From positions 1-64,000 of IMG/VR virus record IMGVR_UViG_3300032007_000057: DNA of 64,000 nt; one strand, 5' to 3'. The notes below the pieces were generated by a model. It searched no databases. It was not told where the DNA came from and worked only from the letters and a program-made list of their open reading frames with translations. The translations under genes and the position numbers were made by a program. This stretch comes from a virus (Duplodnaviria; Heunggongvirae; Uroviricota; Caudoviricetes). Below are positions 28,166 to 37,379 of this stretch, piece after piece; the first letter of the stretch is position 1; every line of letters starts with the position of its first letter.

Positions 28166-28504
28166 TCAAATCACCTTAATATAAAATTTAGACCCTGATA
28201 AATCTATTTTTGCAGAATATAAAATCAGCTCTAATTTTGGAATAGCATTATTAATAATCATACAATAACTATCATACATAGTACCATGATTTTGATAAGA
28301 TGATGGATAACAGCTATAAATAGTCAAATATGGATGAGTTATATCGCCTAATGAAGAACCTCTAGTCCTTTTAAAAAAGAACTCACTGTTATAATAACTT
28401 ATATTATTATCATCTTCATATACAGTTAATACCACATTATAATACCTTTTCATATACCAATCACCACCCATACAAATATTACCATAAAAAAATAAGAGAG
28501 TCAA
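28166..28504 (-). CDS. Hypothetical protein (112 aa), tandem paralogue of 27880..28164
   Basis: See above. Confidence 0.45.
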   Translation of the reverse strand: MTLLFFYGNICMGGDWYMKRYYNVVLTVYEDDNNISYYNSEFFFKRTRGSSLGDITHPYLTIYSCYPSSYQNHGTMYDSYCMIINNAIPKLELILYSAKIDLSGSKFYIKVI

Positions 28505-28567
28505 GAGGGATTTTGCTCCACTCCTTAGACTCTCTGTTTATACTAAAATATTTACTTTAAATTCTAA

Positions 28568-28645
28568 TGGTCGGGTATGGAGGATTTGAACCTCCGACCC
28601 TCTGCTCCCAAAGCAGATACGCTAACCAGACTGCGCTAATACCCG
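28568..28645 (-). tRNA. tRNA-Pro (anticodon UGG), CCA encoded
   Basis: Minus-strand cloverleaf CGGGTAT...TCTGC-TTTGGGA-GCAGA...GGTTCAAATCC...ATACCCG-A-CCA. Confidence 0.75.
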
Positions 28646-28650
28646 TTTAG

Positions 28651-29187
28651 TTACTCTTTAAAATACAAATCCCCAGTTTTATCTCCATCAATCTTATGCA
28701 GAAATACCCAATCTAAAAACTCACAAGCAGTAGATCTTTCTTCTTCAGAACAATCACTACCATTAATATACTCATCAAACCATTTATAAAACAGTTTCTT
28801 TCTATTGAAAGTTGCATTAATACAACTACTAAGCATATCCAAGTCAATATCTTTAAGATCTGTTTTACCGGCGTTTTTCATTACAGCTTCAATAGTTTCC
28901 CTGATAGCCTTAACATTTTCTGGCTGATAATAACGTTCGGCATTATTAGTCACATTTTCACATTTATTTATAGTCATATTCATATTTGTTATCCCACTTT
29001 CTTTATATTGGTAATAATGATTGGGATACTTAAAGACCAAAACTCTAGCTTTATAGGGAGAGGTTTGATCTCTATCCCAATAAACTAGTTCCATTTCTAA
29101 AAGCTTTCTAGCTTCAAATGGAGTAATCTTGACACTATCTTTTTTAAACTCTGAATCAAATAACTTAATTGTTTTCTCCATACTCAT
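28651..29187 (-). CDS. Hypothetical protein (178 aa)
   Basis: ORF. Confidence 0.45.
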   Translation of the reverse strand: MSMEKTIKLFDSEFKKDSVKITPFEARKLLEMELVYWDRDQTSPYKARVLVFKYPNHYYQYKESGITNMNMTINKCENVTNNAERYYQPENVKAIRETIEAVMKNAGKTDLKDIDLDMLSSCINATFNRKKLFYKWFDEYINGSDCSEEERSTACEFLDWVFLHKIDGDKTGDLYFKE

Positions 29188-29261
29188 TATGGGTAGTCTC
29201 CTTTATATAAGGGTGATTGTCTCTGCTTTTTTAATCAAGAAAAAACAGGTCAAAAAGAAAA

Positions 29262-29295
29262 GGTTTGAGGGGAATTTCACCCCTCTGAGAGGTAT
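29262..29295 (-). terminator. Rho-independent terminator
   Basis: GAGGGGaatttcaCCCCTC stem. On the minus strand it is followed by TTTTCTTTTT. Confidence 0.5.
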
Positions 29296-29488
29296 TAAAT
29301 TTTAAACTAAAAAGCCATAGGAATATACGCAGCTTTATAAGTCTGTTGCTTAGTTGATCAGTATCTAAGCTATCTGGAAGATGCGAAGACCTATGGTTAA
29401 TTCTTTAAAAGGCTATAGGAATATCAGTACTCAAATGATCAGTTTAAGTAGTCTATCTGATAGACCTATAGTCAATGCTTATCTATTA

Positions 29489-30097
29489 TTAGGGCCACTC
29501 ACCAAGAGGCTGTCCAAGAAGACCCTGCTGAGGAACCCCTTCAAGAATCTCCTTGAATTCAATCTTATCGTAATTGGAATACACACTGATAAGAACAACC
29601 CTGTTAGGATTACCCTTAGTCATAGCCTCAGGAGAAAGCACCATCTCTGTTTCACCAGCAAAGACGTACTTCACACCATTGACAACCTGTGTACCAATAA
29701 GTGCAAAAACTGAAACATTACTACCAACAAATCCAGCAAGATTATCCTCAAGAACCTTCATGGCCTCTTCAGGAATATCAGTAGTAGGATTAATCTGAAC
29801 CCCACCCATCTTACCAGAGTCAGACAGGACATTGGTAATCTCCACAATACTGAACTTATCATCCTTCTCATTAAGAACAATAAGAACCACATTATGAACA
29901 TCATTTCCAGTAATCATGGTCTGTGTAGCAAGAATAGCATGATTAACTCCAGAAACAACCTTACTACCAAGGTATGCAATCACATTATACTCAGCACCAA
30001 CCATATTACCAAAAATCTCTGTAAATGCGGAAGCAACCTTCTGAGGAAGCTTACCGGGAACAACATGAATCTCATAACTACCCAACATAAATATCAT
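29489..30097 (-). CDS. Hypothetical protein with internal tandem domain duplication (202 aa), moderately GC-rich
   Basis: Two repeats of ..KVVSGVNHAIL...G..VHNVVLIVL / ..QVVNGVKYVFAG.......NPNRVVLISV. Confidence 0.5.
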   Translation of the reverse strand: MIFMLGSYEIHVVPGKLPQKVASAFTEIFGNMVGAEYNVIAYLGSKVVSGVNHAILATQTMITGNDVHNVVLIVLNEKDDKFSIVEITNVLSDSGKMGGVQINPTTDIPEEAMKVLEDNLAGFVGSNVSVFALIGTQVVNGVKYVFAGETEMVLSPEAMTKGNPNRVVLISVYSNYDKIEFKEILEGVPQQGLLGQPLGEWP

Positions 30098-30422
30098 ATC
30101 CTTTCTTATTTATTTTTATCAAAAATAAAAGCTTTTATCAACATTACAATTATAAAAATTATAACTACGTATTGTATATATGGCAATAACTTTATTGAAC
30201 TATCAAATACTCCTGATAACCAGGAAAAGAATACATCAAACATACAATGTATGCACTACCAAGTTATGTTTAGTAGTATCTACTTTCTGTGGATAAGGAT
30301 CTTCATTATTCTTAAATCTCTGATACTGAAGATCTTTATACTCCTTCTTCTTCACCATTGTTCTAGTACCTGTACTGTCTTCTGTAAAATACCATTCAGT
30401 CATGTTATACATCAATCCTTTC

Positions 30423-30593
30423 TTAAGGCATATCAACTTCGTCTACATAAAGAACAATTTCCTCATTACCATAGCTATCACCAGTTGCTGAAATACTTGA
30501 TTCATCATAAAGTTGCTGAACTGAATCAAAATAGCTCTCAGAAACCTCAACTCTATGCCCTTCATCAGTTTTAAGATAGTATTTAGCAGACAT
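30423..30593 (-). CDS. Hypothetical small acidic protein (56 aa)
   Basis: ATG at 30593 with an upstream SD-like AAAGGGTG. Not in the supplied ORF track because it is under 60 aa. Confidence 0.3.
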   Translation of the reverse strand: MSAKYYLKTDEGHRVEVSESYFDSVQQLYDESSISATGDSYGNEEIVLYVDEVDMP

Positions 30594-30617
30594 ATTAACT
30601 ACACCCTTTCTTTTCTT

Positions 30618-31454
30618 TTATGTTACTGTAAATGTTTTTGAAATATCGTATTGTTCGTTCTGCCACCACGCATCCATTCCTACTCGAAAGTCTATACGGA
30701 CTGTATGTTCACCAACATCACTTACAGAGGCAGGGTCTGGAGCTGTCCAACTTCCAGAAGCAGTTAAACTATTATAAGTCTGAGAATATACCCGATTTTC
30801 ATCATAGTATAAAGTTATAGAATTAAGTTGATATCTAGTTTGTTGAACTGTATACGGAACAAAATCCCATTCAACATATGCACTTTCACCAACCGATATA
30901 TTATTAACCCTTAACACCATACCCTTGTATCTGCCTTCACCTTCTCTATACGAAATATCAACGGTCCTTACGTTATCATTGTTGTCTTCTCTAACATAGG
31001 TGTTAAACAAATCTATTATACGATTATAACAGCTATCTGCCGGTCTACTTGATAAATAAATACTATAAAATGAATCTTCACCATAATCATAATAGGTTAA
31101 AGTTTCTCCGTCATAATTAAATGTTTGATCGATATATGGAAAATAAATAGAAAAAGAGCCTAAATGGGCTATGTCAGGATCAGAGCAATATGCTCTTAGT
31201 TCAAACCATCCCATATCGGGAGGAGTATTATAATAAGGATCGTCTCCATTGCCATATGTACCGTAAGCTGACGCAGCTGGTTTACCAATTAAACGATCAT
31301 TTATAACTAAAACAATTTTAAATTTTTCAGATTTATTTTTAATAACAAACCCAACACTAATAGTCGAATCATAAGTTTGTGCTTCCGCAAAGGTCATTCT
31401 GTATATCTTATACTCATCTTTCCCCCCATTCAACAAAAGAGGTTTTGTAAACAT
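30618..31454 (-). CDS. Hypothetical protein (278 aa), possibly structural
   Basis: ORF. Tyr/Asn/Asp-rich beta-like composition. Confidence 0.45.
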   Translation of the reverse strand: MFTKPLLLNGGKDEYKIYRMTFAEAQTYDSTISVGFVIKNKSEKFKIVLVINDRLIGKPAASAYGTYGNGDDPYYNTPPDMGWFELRAYCSDPDIAHLGSFSIYFPYIDQTFNYDGETLTYYDYGEDSFYSIYLSSRPADSCYNRIIDLFNTYVREDNNDNVRTVDISYREGEGRYKGMVLRVNNISVGESAYVEWDFVPYTVQQTRYQLNSITLYYDENRVYSQTYNSLTASGSWTAPDPASVSDVGEHTVRIDFRVGMDAWWQNEQYDISKTFTVT

Positions 31455-31523
31455 TGATAAACACTCCTTTTATAAGTTTTATATTTGTAAGAACTAGGTA
31501 AACTAGTTTAAAAGTCAAAGGTA

Positions 31524-31599
31524 TGGTGGACTCGCTGGGGTATGATCCCAGAACCTGGCGATTATAAGTCGCCTACTCTACCAATTGAGCTACAAGTCC
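31524..31599 (-). tRNA. tRNA with anticodon read as UAU (Ile2-like). Anticodon assignment tentative.
   Basis: Minus strand: GGACTTG acceptor, GGCGA-CTTATAA-TCGCC anticodon arm, GGTTCTGGGATC T-arm, CGAGTCC-A-CCA. Confidence 0.65.
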
Positions 31600-31608
31600 A
31601 TGTAATAA

Positions 31609-31695
31609 TGGTGCCCAGGGGGGGACTCGAACCCCCACGCCAGAGATGGCAAGGGATTTTAAGTCCCTTGTGTCTACCTATTCCACCACCTGGGC
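31609..31695 (-). tRNA. tRNA-Leu (anticodon UAA), type II with long variable arm
   Basis: Minus strand: GCCCAGG acceptor, AGGGA-CTTAAAA-TCCCT, long extra arm, GGGGGTTCGAGTCCCCC, CCTGGGC-A-CCA. Confidence 0.75.
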
Positions 31696-31717
31696 ATTTA
31701 ACTATTTTTATATTTTA

Positions 31718-31794
31718 TGGAGCCCCTAGGAAAAGAGTTGAACTTCCATCACTTCTTTACAAGAGAAGTATAATAGCCGTTATACTATAGGGGC
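31718..31794 (-). tRNA. tRNA-Thr (anticodon UGU)
   Basis: Minus strand: GCCCCTA acceptor, CTTCT-CTTGTAA-AGAAG, GGAAGTTCAACTCTTTTCC, TAGGGGC-T-CCA. Confidence 0.7.
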
Positions 31795-31963
31795 AAATAA
31801 ATCTTATTTGTAGTCTACATCACTCAAAAGATTTAGGAAAGTTCTATACTATATTTTACTTCTGATTAACAGAGAGTGCTCCATCCTTAGCTATAGTATA
31901 GATAGATGGTTAAAAGGTGTAGATCTTTCAATAACTACTTACTGAAGACCTTTATCCAGGAAA

Positions 31964-31992
31964 ATTATATCAGCAGTATAGTTATTTGTCAA
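31964..31992 (-). promoter_or_regulatory. Perfect consensus sigma70 promoter (TTGACA-17-TATAAT) driving the tRNA cluster
   Basis: Minus strand: TTGACAaataactatactgctgaTATAAT, about 170 nt upstream of tRNA-Thr. Confidence 0.6.
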
Positions 31993-32544
31993 GTACAAAA
32001 CTGACTCACTTATTTATATGATCTACATGACCCTAAGAATAGGTCATTTGTGTAGTACTTTCGATGACTTTAATGGGCGTAATATATGTACTACAATCCT
32101 TTTCCCCTTTCAATCAAAGGATGACAGTTTCTTACCACTTGCAGTAACCTGACAACTCTCCGGAATCCTCCACTCAACACTGCTCTAGCTTCTACTAAAG
32201 GTGGCTCAACATTAAGTTTCATAGGATAACTACTACCTCAAGTGTAGTAGGTTCTAACAGTTTTTATAAAGTCTATCCCTTAGCCAAGGTAATTTTTATT
32301 GAGGGTTACATTCCCTAATAGACTTCTATCCTACTTATGCCAAATGAAGACATTACAATCTTCTAAGTAGATCAGCCTTTATTTACTGTTATTTCCCAAG
32401 CACTGATTTGGGTGAAAGGATTTTAATTGTAACTCATTTTAGGTTACAATTTAATTTTTAATGGCTCCTCCTGGTGGTTACGCTCCACCGTATACGGTTT
32501 AACAGACCGCCACTCTACTATTGAGTTAAGGAGGAATTAGAACT

Positions 32545-32639
32545 GGCTCTGGAGCCCCGATTCGAACGAGGATGAGAAAGGAGGTCCCTTTACTTACTGA
32601 TCCAAAGTCAGCTGTTTTTCCAATTAAACTACTCCAGAG
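32545..32639 (-). ncRNA. Atypical tRNA-like element. 8-bp acceptor stem, long variable arm, anticodon loop CTTTGGA (UUG).
   Basis: Minus strand: CTCTGGAG...GTTT-AATTGGAA-AAAC...GCTGA-CTTTGGA-TCAGT...AAAGG-GACCT-CCTTT...CCTCGTTCGAATCGGGG...CTCCAGAG-CC. Canonical T-loop GTTCGAATC. Non-standard combination of features. Confidence 0.3.
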
Positions 32640-32782
32640 TTAAATTATCAAGGGTTCACTTAAGACTCGCACTTAAGATCTTCAGCTTTCACATTTTCCT
32701 AATTATGCTCTAGAAGCATACATAGAAAACACTACTCAGTGAGATTTTGCTATTTAAACTATGAACCATGTCCAACAAAGAT

Positions 32783-32811
32783 ATTAAAGCATACTGACAA
32801 GAATTTGTCAA
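32783..32811 (-). promoter_or_regulatory. Sigma70-like promoter (TTGACA-17-TTTAAT) inside the ORF-free region, pointing at the tRNA-like element
   Basis: Minus-strand TTGACA, 17 nt, TTTAAT. Confidence 0.45.
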
Positions 32812-33503
32812 GAGGTGATTTTAAAAATTTTATGGCAGGTCCACTACCGCTTGCAGATAGTTCTGAAGTTTTGGAGACTCCTGTTTTACTACATAAACTA
32901 TGGACCCATCAATATTTGTTCAAAAAATTTTAGGTGTGGAGAGAAGTAATGAGGTACTCCTCCCCACTTCAAAGGAGAACGATCATGAGCGGAAAAATAT
33001 ATAGATACTTGATAGCTGTGAGGTATGTTCAGACTCAGACTCTGTTTAAATAGTACAGACCTTTATTCACAGATTTACATAATAATTACCAGCTACTTAC
33101 TATTAGCGAACGAGTTTACGTTATATTAAAGCTAATGTGATTTCACTAAGTAAATCTTAAGTGAGGTTCGACCAAGCCTCTTCATAGGGTCTAACTACTA
33201 AATCAACAATACTAACTACTCCCTACTCAGTAAAGTCTTACTCAATCCAAGATAAAATAGTCATCAATCAAAGACTATTATTTGAAATTAGATGTAAGGC
33301 TTTCTAGTCTCAGGAAAATTGAGAGAAAAGCATTGTTATTATATCGTCACATTTCAGGTGTGAAAATATAATTAGATAACTTTGCGGTCATCTAAATATT
33401 AGGAGAGTATCTTTCTTATTTTTACATGAATAAGATACTCAGAAAATCATGAAACAGAGTATTTAGAACTTTCACCAAGTATCAAATCTTTAAGTACTAA
33501 AAC

Positions 33504-34172
33504 TTAGTACTCAATTTCAATAGTGGTAGTTGCGTTAGAAACCTGAAGTGCTGAATCAACATTGAGTTCAAACTGATCAATCTCAATACTAAGAGCGTTA
33601 ATCTTCTTATTAATATCAATAGGATCAATAAGAACTGGCTGATTCTCCATATTGTACTTTTTCTTAAAGGCCATGATAGCATCTGTATTGATATTGGTTT
33701 TATCCTTATTACCATACAGGGTCTCAATGGTTTTTTCAAGTCTCTGTTCAGCTTTTTTAGTATCCTCTTCAAGCTGACTCTGTGCAAACTGAAGCTGAGT
33801 CTGAAGAGTATTAAGAAGCATTTTCTTAGTCTTAAGCCCATACTTCATCTGATAAATTGCTTCAGCAACAGTCATTTCCTTACCACCAACATTAATGATG
33901 GTTTCAGCATTAGACTTACTGATAGCAGCTTTAATAGCATCAACTCTTCTAATCAGATCAGTAACTGCCTGATAATTACTGCTTACCTTAGAACTAAAAT
34001 CCTGAATTGACATTCCATCAATTCTAAAATTATCATTAGTAGGATTATTATTTACAGCCACATACCTATTGCTAAAACTAGTGTACTGCATAATTTTCTT
34101 ATCTGCAAGTTTGACCTCACAAAGCGCCTTATGAATAGTCATCTTCTCAGTAGTCATTGCTTCAACCTCCAA
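33504..34172 (-). CDS. Hypothetical coiled-coil protein (222 aa)
   Basis: ORF. The 33497..33841 ORF is an alternative frame. Confidence 0.5.
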   Translation of the reverse strand: MEVEAMTTEKMTIHKALCEVKLADKKIMQYTSFSNRYVAVNNNPTNDNFRIDGMSIQDFSSKVSSNYQAVTDLIRRVDAIKAAISKSNAETIINVGGKEMTVAEAIYQMKYGLKTKKMLLNTLQTQLQFAQSQLEEDTKKAEQRLEKTIETLYGNKDKTNINTDAIMAFKKKYNMENQPVLIDPIDINKKINALSIEIDQFELNVDSALQVSNATTTIEIEY

Positions 34173-34182
34173 ATAATAGTTT

Positions 34183-34320
34183 TTACTTAACTCTCTTAAA
34201 ATAAACTACAACACCAGCAATAATAACAAGCAAAGCTACAAGAACTGCACTGGAAGTAATAGGATTAGCAGCTACAGTATTCTTAGCAGCGGTAAGCCAA
34301 GTAAACGCATAATTCAACAT
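34183..34320 (-). CDS. Small hydrophobic protein (45 aa)
   Basis: ATG at 34320 preceded by SD GAGGAGG. One clear TM helix (AVLVALLVIIAGVVVYF). Confidence 0.4.
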   Translation of the reverse strand: MLNYAFTWLTAAKNTVAANPITSSAVLVALLVIIAGVVVYFKRVK

Positions 34321-34392
34321 GTTTAAATTCCTCCTCATAATAAATACTAAGTCTATAAACTCTTACTAATACTACTTTAGTAAGTTTAGGAC

Positions 34393-34478
34393 AGAGGGCA
34401 GGAGACTCGAACTCCCAATACCTTTTCAGGTATGCCTGTTTTCAAGACAGGTTCCTTAACCAATTTGGATAACCCTCT
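34393..34478 (-). tRNA. tRNA-Ser (anticodon UGA), type II
   Basis: Minus strand: AGAGGGT acceptor, CCTGT-CTTGAAA-ACAGG, long variable arm, GGAGTTCGAGTCTCC, GCCCTCT-G. Confidence 0.65.
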
Positions 34479-34574
34479 ATATTAGGGGGAGTAGAATGTA
34501 ACCAAGACCTCCCCATTTTAGGAGATTACATTTTTAAATATTATACTTCTCCCACCAGTCACATTCTAATAATG

Positions 34575-34602
34575 ATTATACACAAGATTTATTTCTTGTC
34601 AA
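34575..34602 (-). promoter_or_regulatory. Sigma70-like promoter (TTGACA-16-TATAAT) upstream of tRNA-Ser
   Basis: Minus-strand TTGACAagaaataaatcttgtgTATAAT. Shares the 16-mer atgattatacacaag with the 35053 promoter. Confidence 0.55.
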
Positions 34603-34723
34603 GTACTTCTTTTTCAAAGTCTTTAAAGGTTCTCATCTTAGGATAAACTTGAATTACTGTAGGCCTCTTACTATTGATTTCAATTTTCCTAAACAACTTC
34701 TTAAAACCATTATCCATAACCAT
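34589..34723 (-). CDS. Hypothetical small protein (44 aa)
   Basis: SD AGGAGG before ATG 34723. Below the ORF-track size threshold. Confidence 0.3.
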   Translation of the reverse strand: MVMDNGFKKLFRKIEINSKRPTVIQVYPKMRTFKDFEKEVLDKK

Positions 34724-34767
34724 ATCCTCCTAAGTAAGATTCATTGCAATTAGTACTTTAGCATAAG

Positions 34768-34939
34768 CAAATTATTTTGTCAATGGGTTAATTTCAAACT
34801 TTTCCAAGATCTTTTTTGCAATATCAATAGCACATTCTTTATTGGTAGAAGTGTATCCAATATCGTCTTCCCATCTAAAGATCTTATCCTCAATAATTCT
34901 AATAAGTTTAACCTTATTCTTTAATTCAGGAGACATCAT
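34768..34939 (-). CDS. Hypothetical small protein (57 aa)
   Basis: SD GAGGTGA, then ATGATG at 34939. Confidence 0.35.
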
Positions 34940-35052
34940 AATCACCTCTAAATATTAAAAAAGGAAGAAGTAGAAAGAGGTAAAGATCTTCTTCCTATAT
35001 TTATGAAGGAGGGCTATGAAAGATCGAAAGGACTGTCCTCTTTCTAAATATG

Positions 35053-35080
35053 ATTATACACAAGTAAAATTTTTTGTCAA
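35053..35080 (-). promoter_or_regulatory. Sigma70-like promoter (TTGACA-16-TATAAT)
   Basis: Minus-strand TTGACAaaaaattttacttgtgTATAAT. Confidence 0.5.
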
Positions 35081-35087
35081 GTACCTA

Positions 35088-35279
35088 TCACAAGAAATTT
35101 TTCAATTTATTGATAAGAAGATCATTAGTAGCAAGAACCACTCCAAACACACACCACCAATAAATATCATAGAAGAGATTAGTGATAAATGCATTATTGG
35201 TAATAAACGCTAAAACAAAAAGAACTGCTGGAGTGAAGATAAAGAATTCAGGGATATATGATACAACTTTTTTAAACAT
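35088..35279 (-). CDS. Small membrane protein (63 aa)
   Basis: Two hydrophobic helices. Co-oriented with the block. The plus ORF 35016..35213 is the less likely alternative. Confidence 0.35.
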   Translation of the reverse strand: MFKKVVSYIPEFFIFTPAVLFVLAFITNNAFITNLFYDIYWWCVFGVVLATNDLLINKLKNFL

Positions 35280-35282
35280 AGT

Positions 35283-35624
35283 CTAAGTCTCCTTTGCAAT
35301 ATCTAAATAATAAGGTGAAGATCCTAATAGACAAATACTTAAATACATGTACACATCATAATTAATAGGATTCAGATCAAACCCAGATATAGCTAAAAGT
35401 AAAAGTGTTATCAAATACATCTGAATTTGATCCATATAATCTCTTTTCTTTAGAATAAGTGATCTACCCATTTTAAAGAATAAGATTCCCATAAGAGTTG
35501 CACTAGTAAAAAGTAATGCTTCAAATATAATGCTACTAATCTTGATCACCTTCTTCTTCTTCAAATAAACCATTAGTATTTGGATTGATATATTCAAGAT
35601 ATCTAGAATCACCAAATAAAACAT
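35283..35624 (-). CDS. Membrane protein (113 aa)
   Basis: Multiple TM helices. Confidence 0.4.
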   Translation of the reverse strand: MFYLVILDILNISIQILMVYLKKKKVIKISSIIFEALLFTSATLMGILFFKMGRSLILKKRDYMDQIQMYLITLLLLAISGFDLNPINYDVYMYLSICLLGSSPYYLDIAKET

Positions 35625-35751
35625 ATGCTATTGCTAAAGCTAAAATTGGAGATAACAGTACTATAAAAAATACTGAAAATAGTCCAAAGATTACCTTATA
35701 GATATGCATACCAATAAAGTTTTTAACGATTGTCATATGGGAAAACCTCAA
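35536..35751 (-). CDS. Small membrane protein (71 aa) with acidic C-terminus
   Basis: TM helix. Overlaps both neighbours in other frames. Confidence 0.3.
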   Translation of the reverse strand: MRFSHMTIVKNFIGMHIYKVIFGLFSVFFIVLLSPILALAIAYVLFGDSRYLEYINPNTNGLFEEEEGDQD

Positions 35752-37156
35752 CTAACTTACTCCTAAGAGCTAAATATTTTTCATTATCTAATAAGGCATT
35801 ATTTTTGATACCTTTTACTTTAAGCTTATCTAATTCAGTTTGATTATTAAATCTAATAGGCATATTCTCTAATGTGAAACCTAACTTAGCAAATCTAGTA
35901 TACAGCTCTTTACATTCATCACATTCACCACAAAGAGTATAATTGCCAAACGTATCTCTATGAAAGTGCTCACATTTAGATTTAAACTTCATAAAGGGTA
36001 TATTCAAATATAACCCTAATAGCAATATCTCTTCAGATTGAAGATTCTTAAATACTGGGGTATAGGTAGAACCTTTATTAAATCTGGTTAAATGAGTATA
36101 TAAATCAATCTCATCTAAATCGTTAGTATAGTCAATATAGTTTACTTTAAACTGATGAAAAAGAGGGTTTAATAAGTGCTCTTTTAATAATGGTGCATTT
36201 ACAATATTAAAAGTATCTATATTGAATGATTCCGTTAATAATGTAAATTCATCTTCACCTATACAATTATAGTCATTGATATTAATCTTGATCGGATGAT
36301 AAAGTTCATTAACTAAATATGGTAAAATAAAAGATTCTATACTGCCATCATAATTACAAGTTAAAACATACTTATTATTAATACTAATTGGATCATCAAT
36401 ATAGATTTGTTTAAAAGCAAATCTACCATCGATCTTAATAGTATAAACTGTCCTGTTTTCAATATTAGAAGAGCTATTTAATTGATACTCTGTAGATGGT
36501 ATATTATCGGAACTAATGAATATAGATTGGTCATCTATATGAACATAACTAGTTCTATTACTGTTAAATAGATAAATGTTATTGGCAGGTGCTTCATATA
36601 AAACTATTGAAAAGTTACCAGTAGTATTCTTCAGTACTTCTTCTAAGCCCATTAAAATATTATTTCTATGAGCTTGAATGTACATATCCAATTGATCTAA
36701 TAAAGTTTTTATATCAACTTCTTTAAATTGATCAGAATTTCTATGAGCCTGAATGTACATATCTAATTGATCTAAAGACTTTATATCAACTTCTTCAAAT
36801 CGATCAGAGGCAATTTTTTGTTTAGGAATGCCACTTACTAATAGATATAAAATATTATCTTTATTAACTAAATTGGATTCGTTAGTATTATTAGCTCCAA
36901 TTAAAACGGTATTCCTAAAGAAACTGTTATTCGATGATCTGTTAATAAGATTATACATATCACCTTTAATCTTGATAATATCATTACCTAATTTGTTTAA
37001 GCTATTAACAACCAGATTAACGTTATTACCAGTATTAACTATTGAACTAAATAAAGTTTTAAAAGTAGATTTATTAGAACTAAGATCTGTATTGAATAAA
37101 TGTACTAATAAAAAACTGGATCTTTTAGTATCCATCACTGTAATCCTCCATAACAT
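35723..37156 (-). CDS. Hypothetical protein (477 aa) with an in-frame tandem repeat and a C-terminal CGECDECK Cys cluster
   Basis: Repeat DIK(S/T)L(L)DQLDMYIQAHRN appears twice, from a roughly 60-nt DNA tandem duplication at about 36660-36800. Confidence 0.5.
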   Translation of the reverse strand: MLWRITVMDTKRSSFLLVHLFNTDLSSNKSTFKTLFSSIVNTGNNVNLVVNSLNKLGNDIIKIKGDMYNLINRSSNNSFFRNTVLIGANNTNESNLVNKDNILYLLVSGIPKQKIASDRFEEVDIKSLDQLDMYIQAHRNSDQFKEVDIKTLLDQLDMYIQAHRNNILMGLEEVLKNTTGNFSIVLYEAPANNIYLFNSNRTSYVHIDDQSIFISSDNIPSTEYQLNSSSNIENRTVYTIKIDGRFAFKQIYIDDPISINNKYVLTCNYDGSIESFILPYLVNELYHPIKININDYNCIGEDEFTLLTESFNIDTFNIVNAPLLKEHLLNPLFHQFKVNYIDYTNDLDEIDLYTHLTRFNKGSTYTPVFKNLQSEEILLLGLYLNIPFMKFKSKCEHFHRDTFGNYTLCGECDECKELYTRFAKLGFTLENMPIRFNNQTELDKLKVKGIKNNALLDNEKYLALRSKLVEVFPYDNR

Positions 37157-37379
37157 CTAAATTACAGTTTTCATGTAATTCATAAATCTTATCTAAAAGA
37201 TTACTTAACTTATTTATATCTGGATTATATGGGTCATATACACTGTATAAATCAATTAATGACTGTAAATTTGATTTTATCCTACAGTATAAAGTATCAG
37301 GGTCCTTTATATTAAGCTGACTTAAATCTGTATCAAATAAGTTTATATTATTATAAGCAGGAAGGCTTTCAATATTCAT
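37125..37379 (-). CDS. Hypothetical protein (84 aa)
   Basis: ORF. Confidence 0.4.
   Translation of the reverse strand: MNIESLPAYNNINLFDTDLSQLNIKDPDTLYCRIKSNLQSLIDLYSVYDPYNPDINKLSNLLDKIYELHENCNLDVMEDYSDGY

Noticed and set aside
31542-31790. ORF 31542..31790 (+) 82 aa
   Set aside because: It lies entirely across three minus-strand tRNA genes, so it is a spurious frame.
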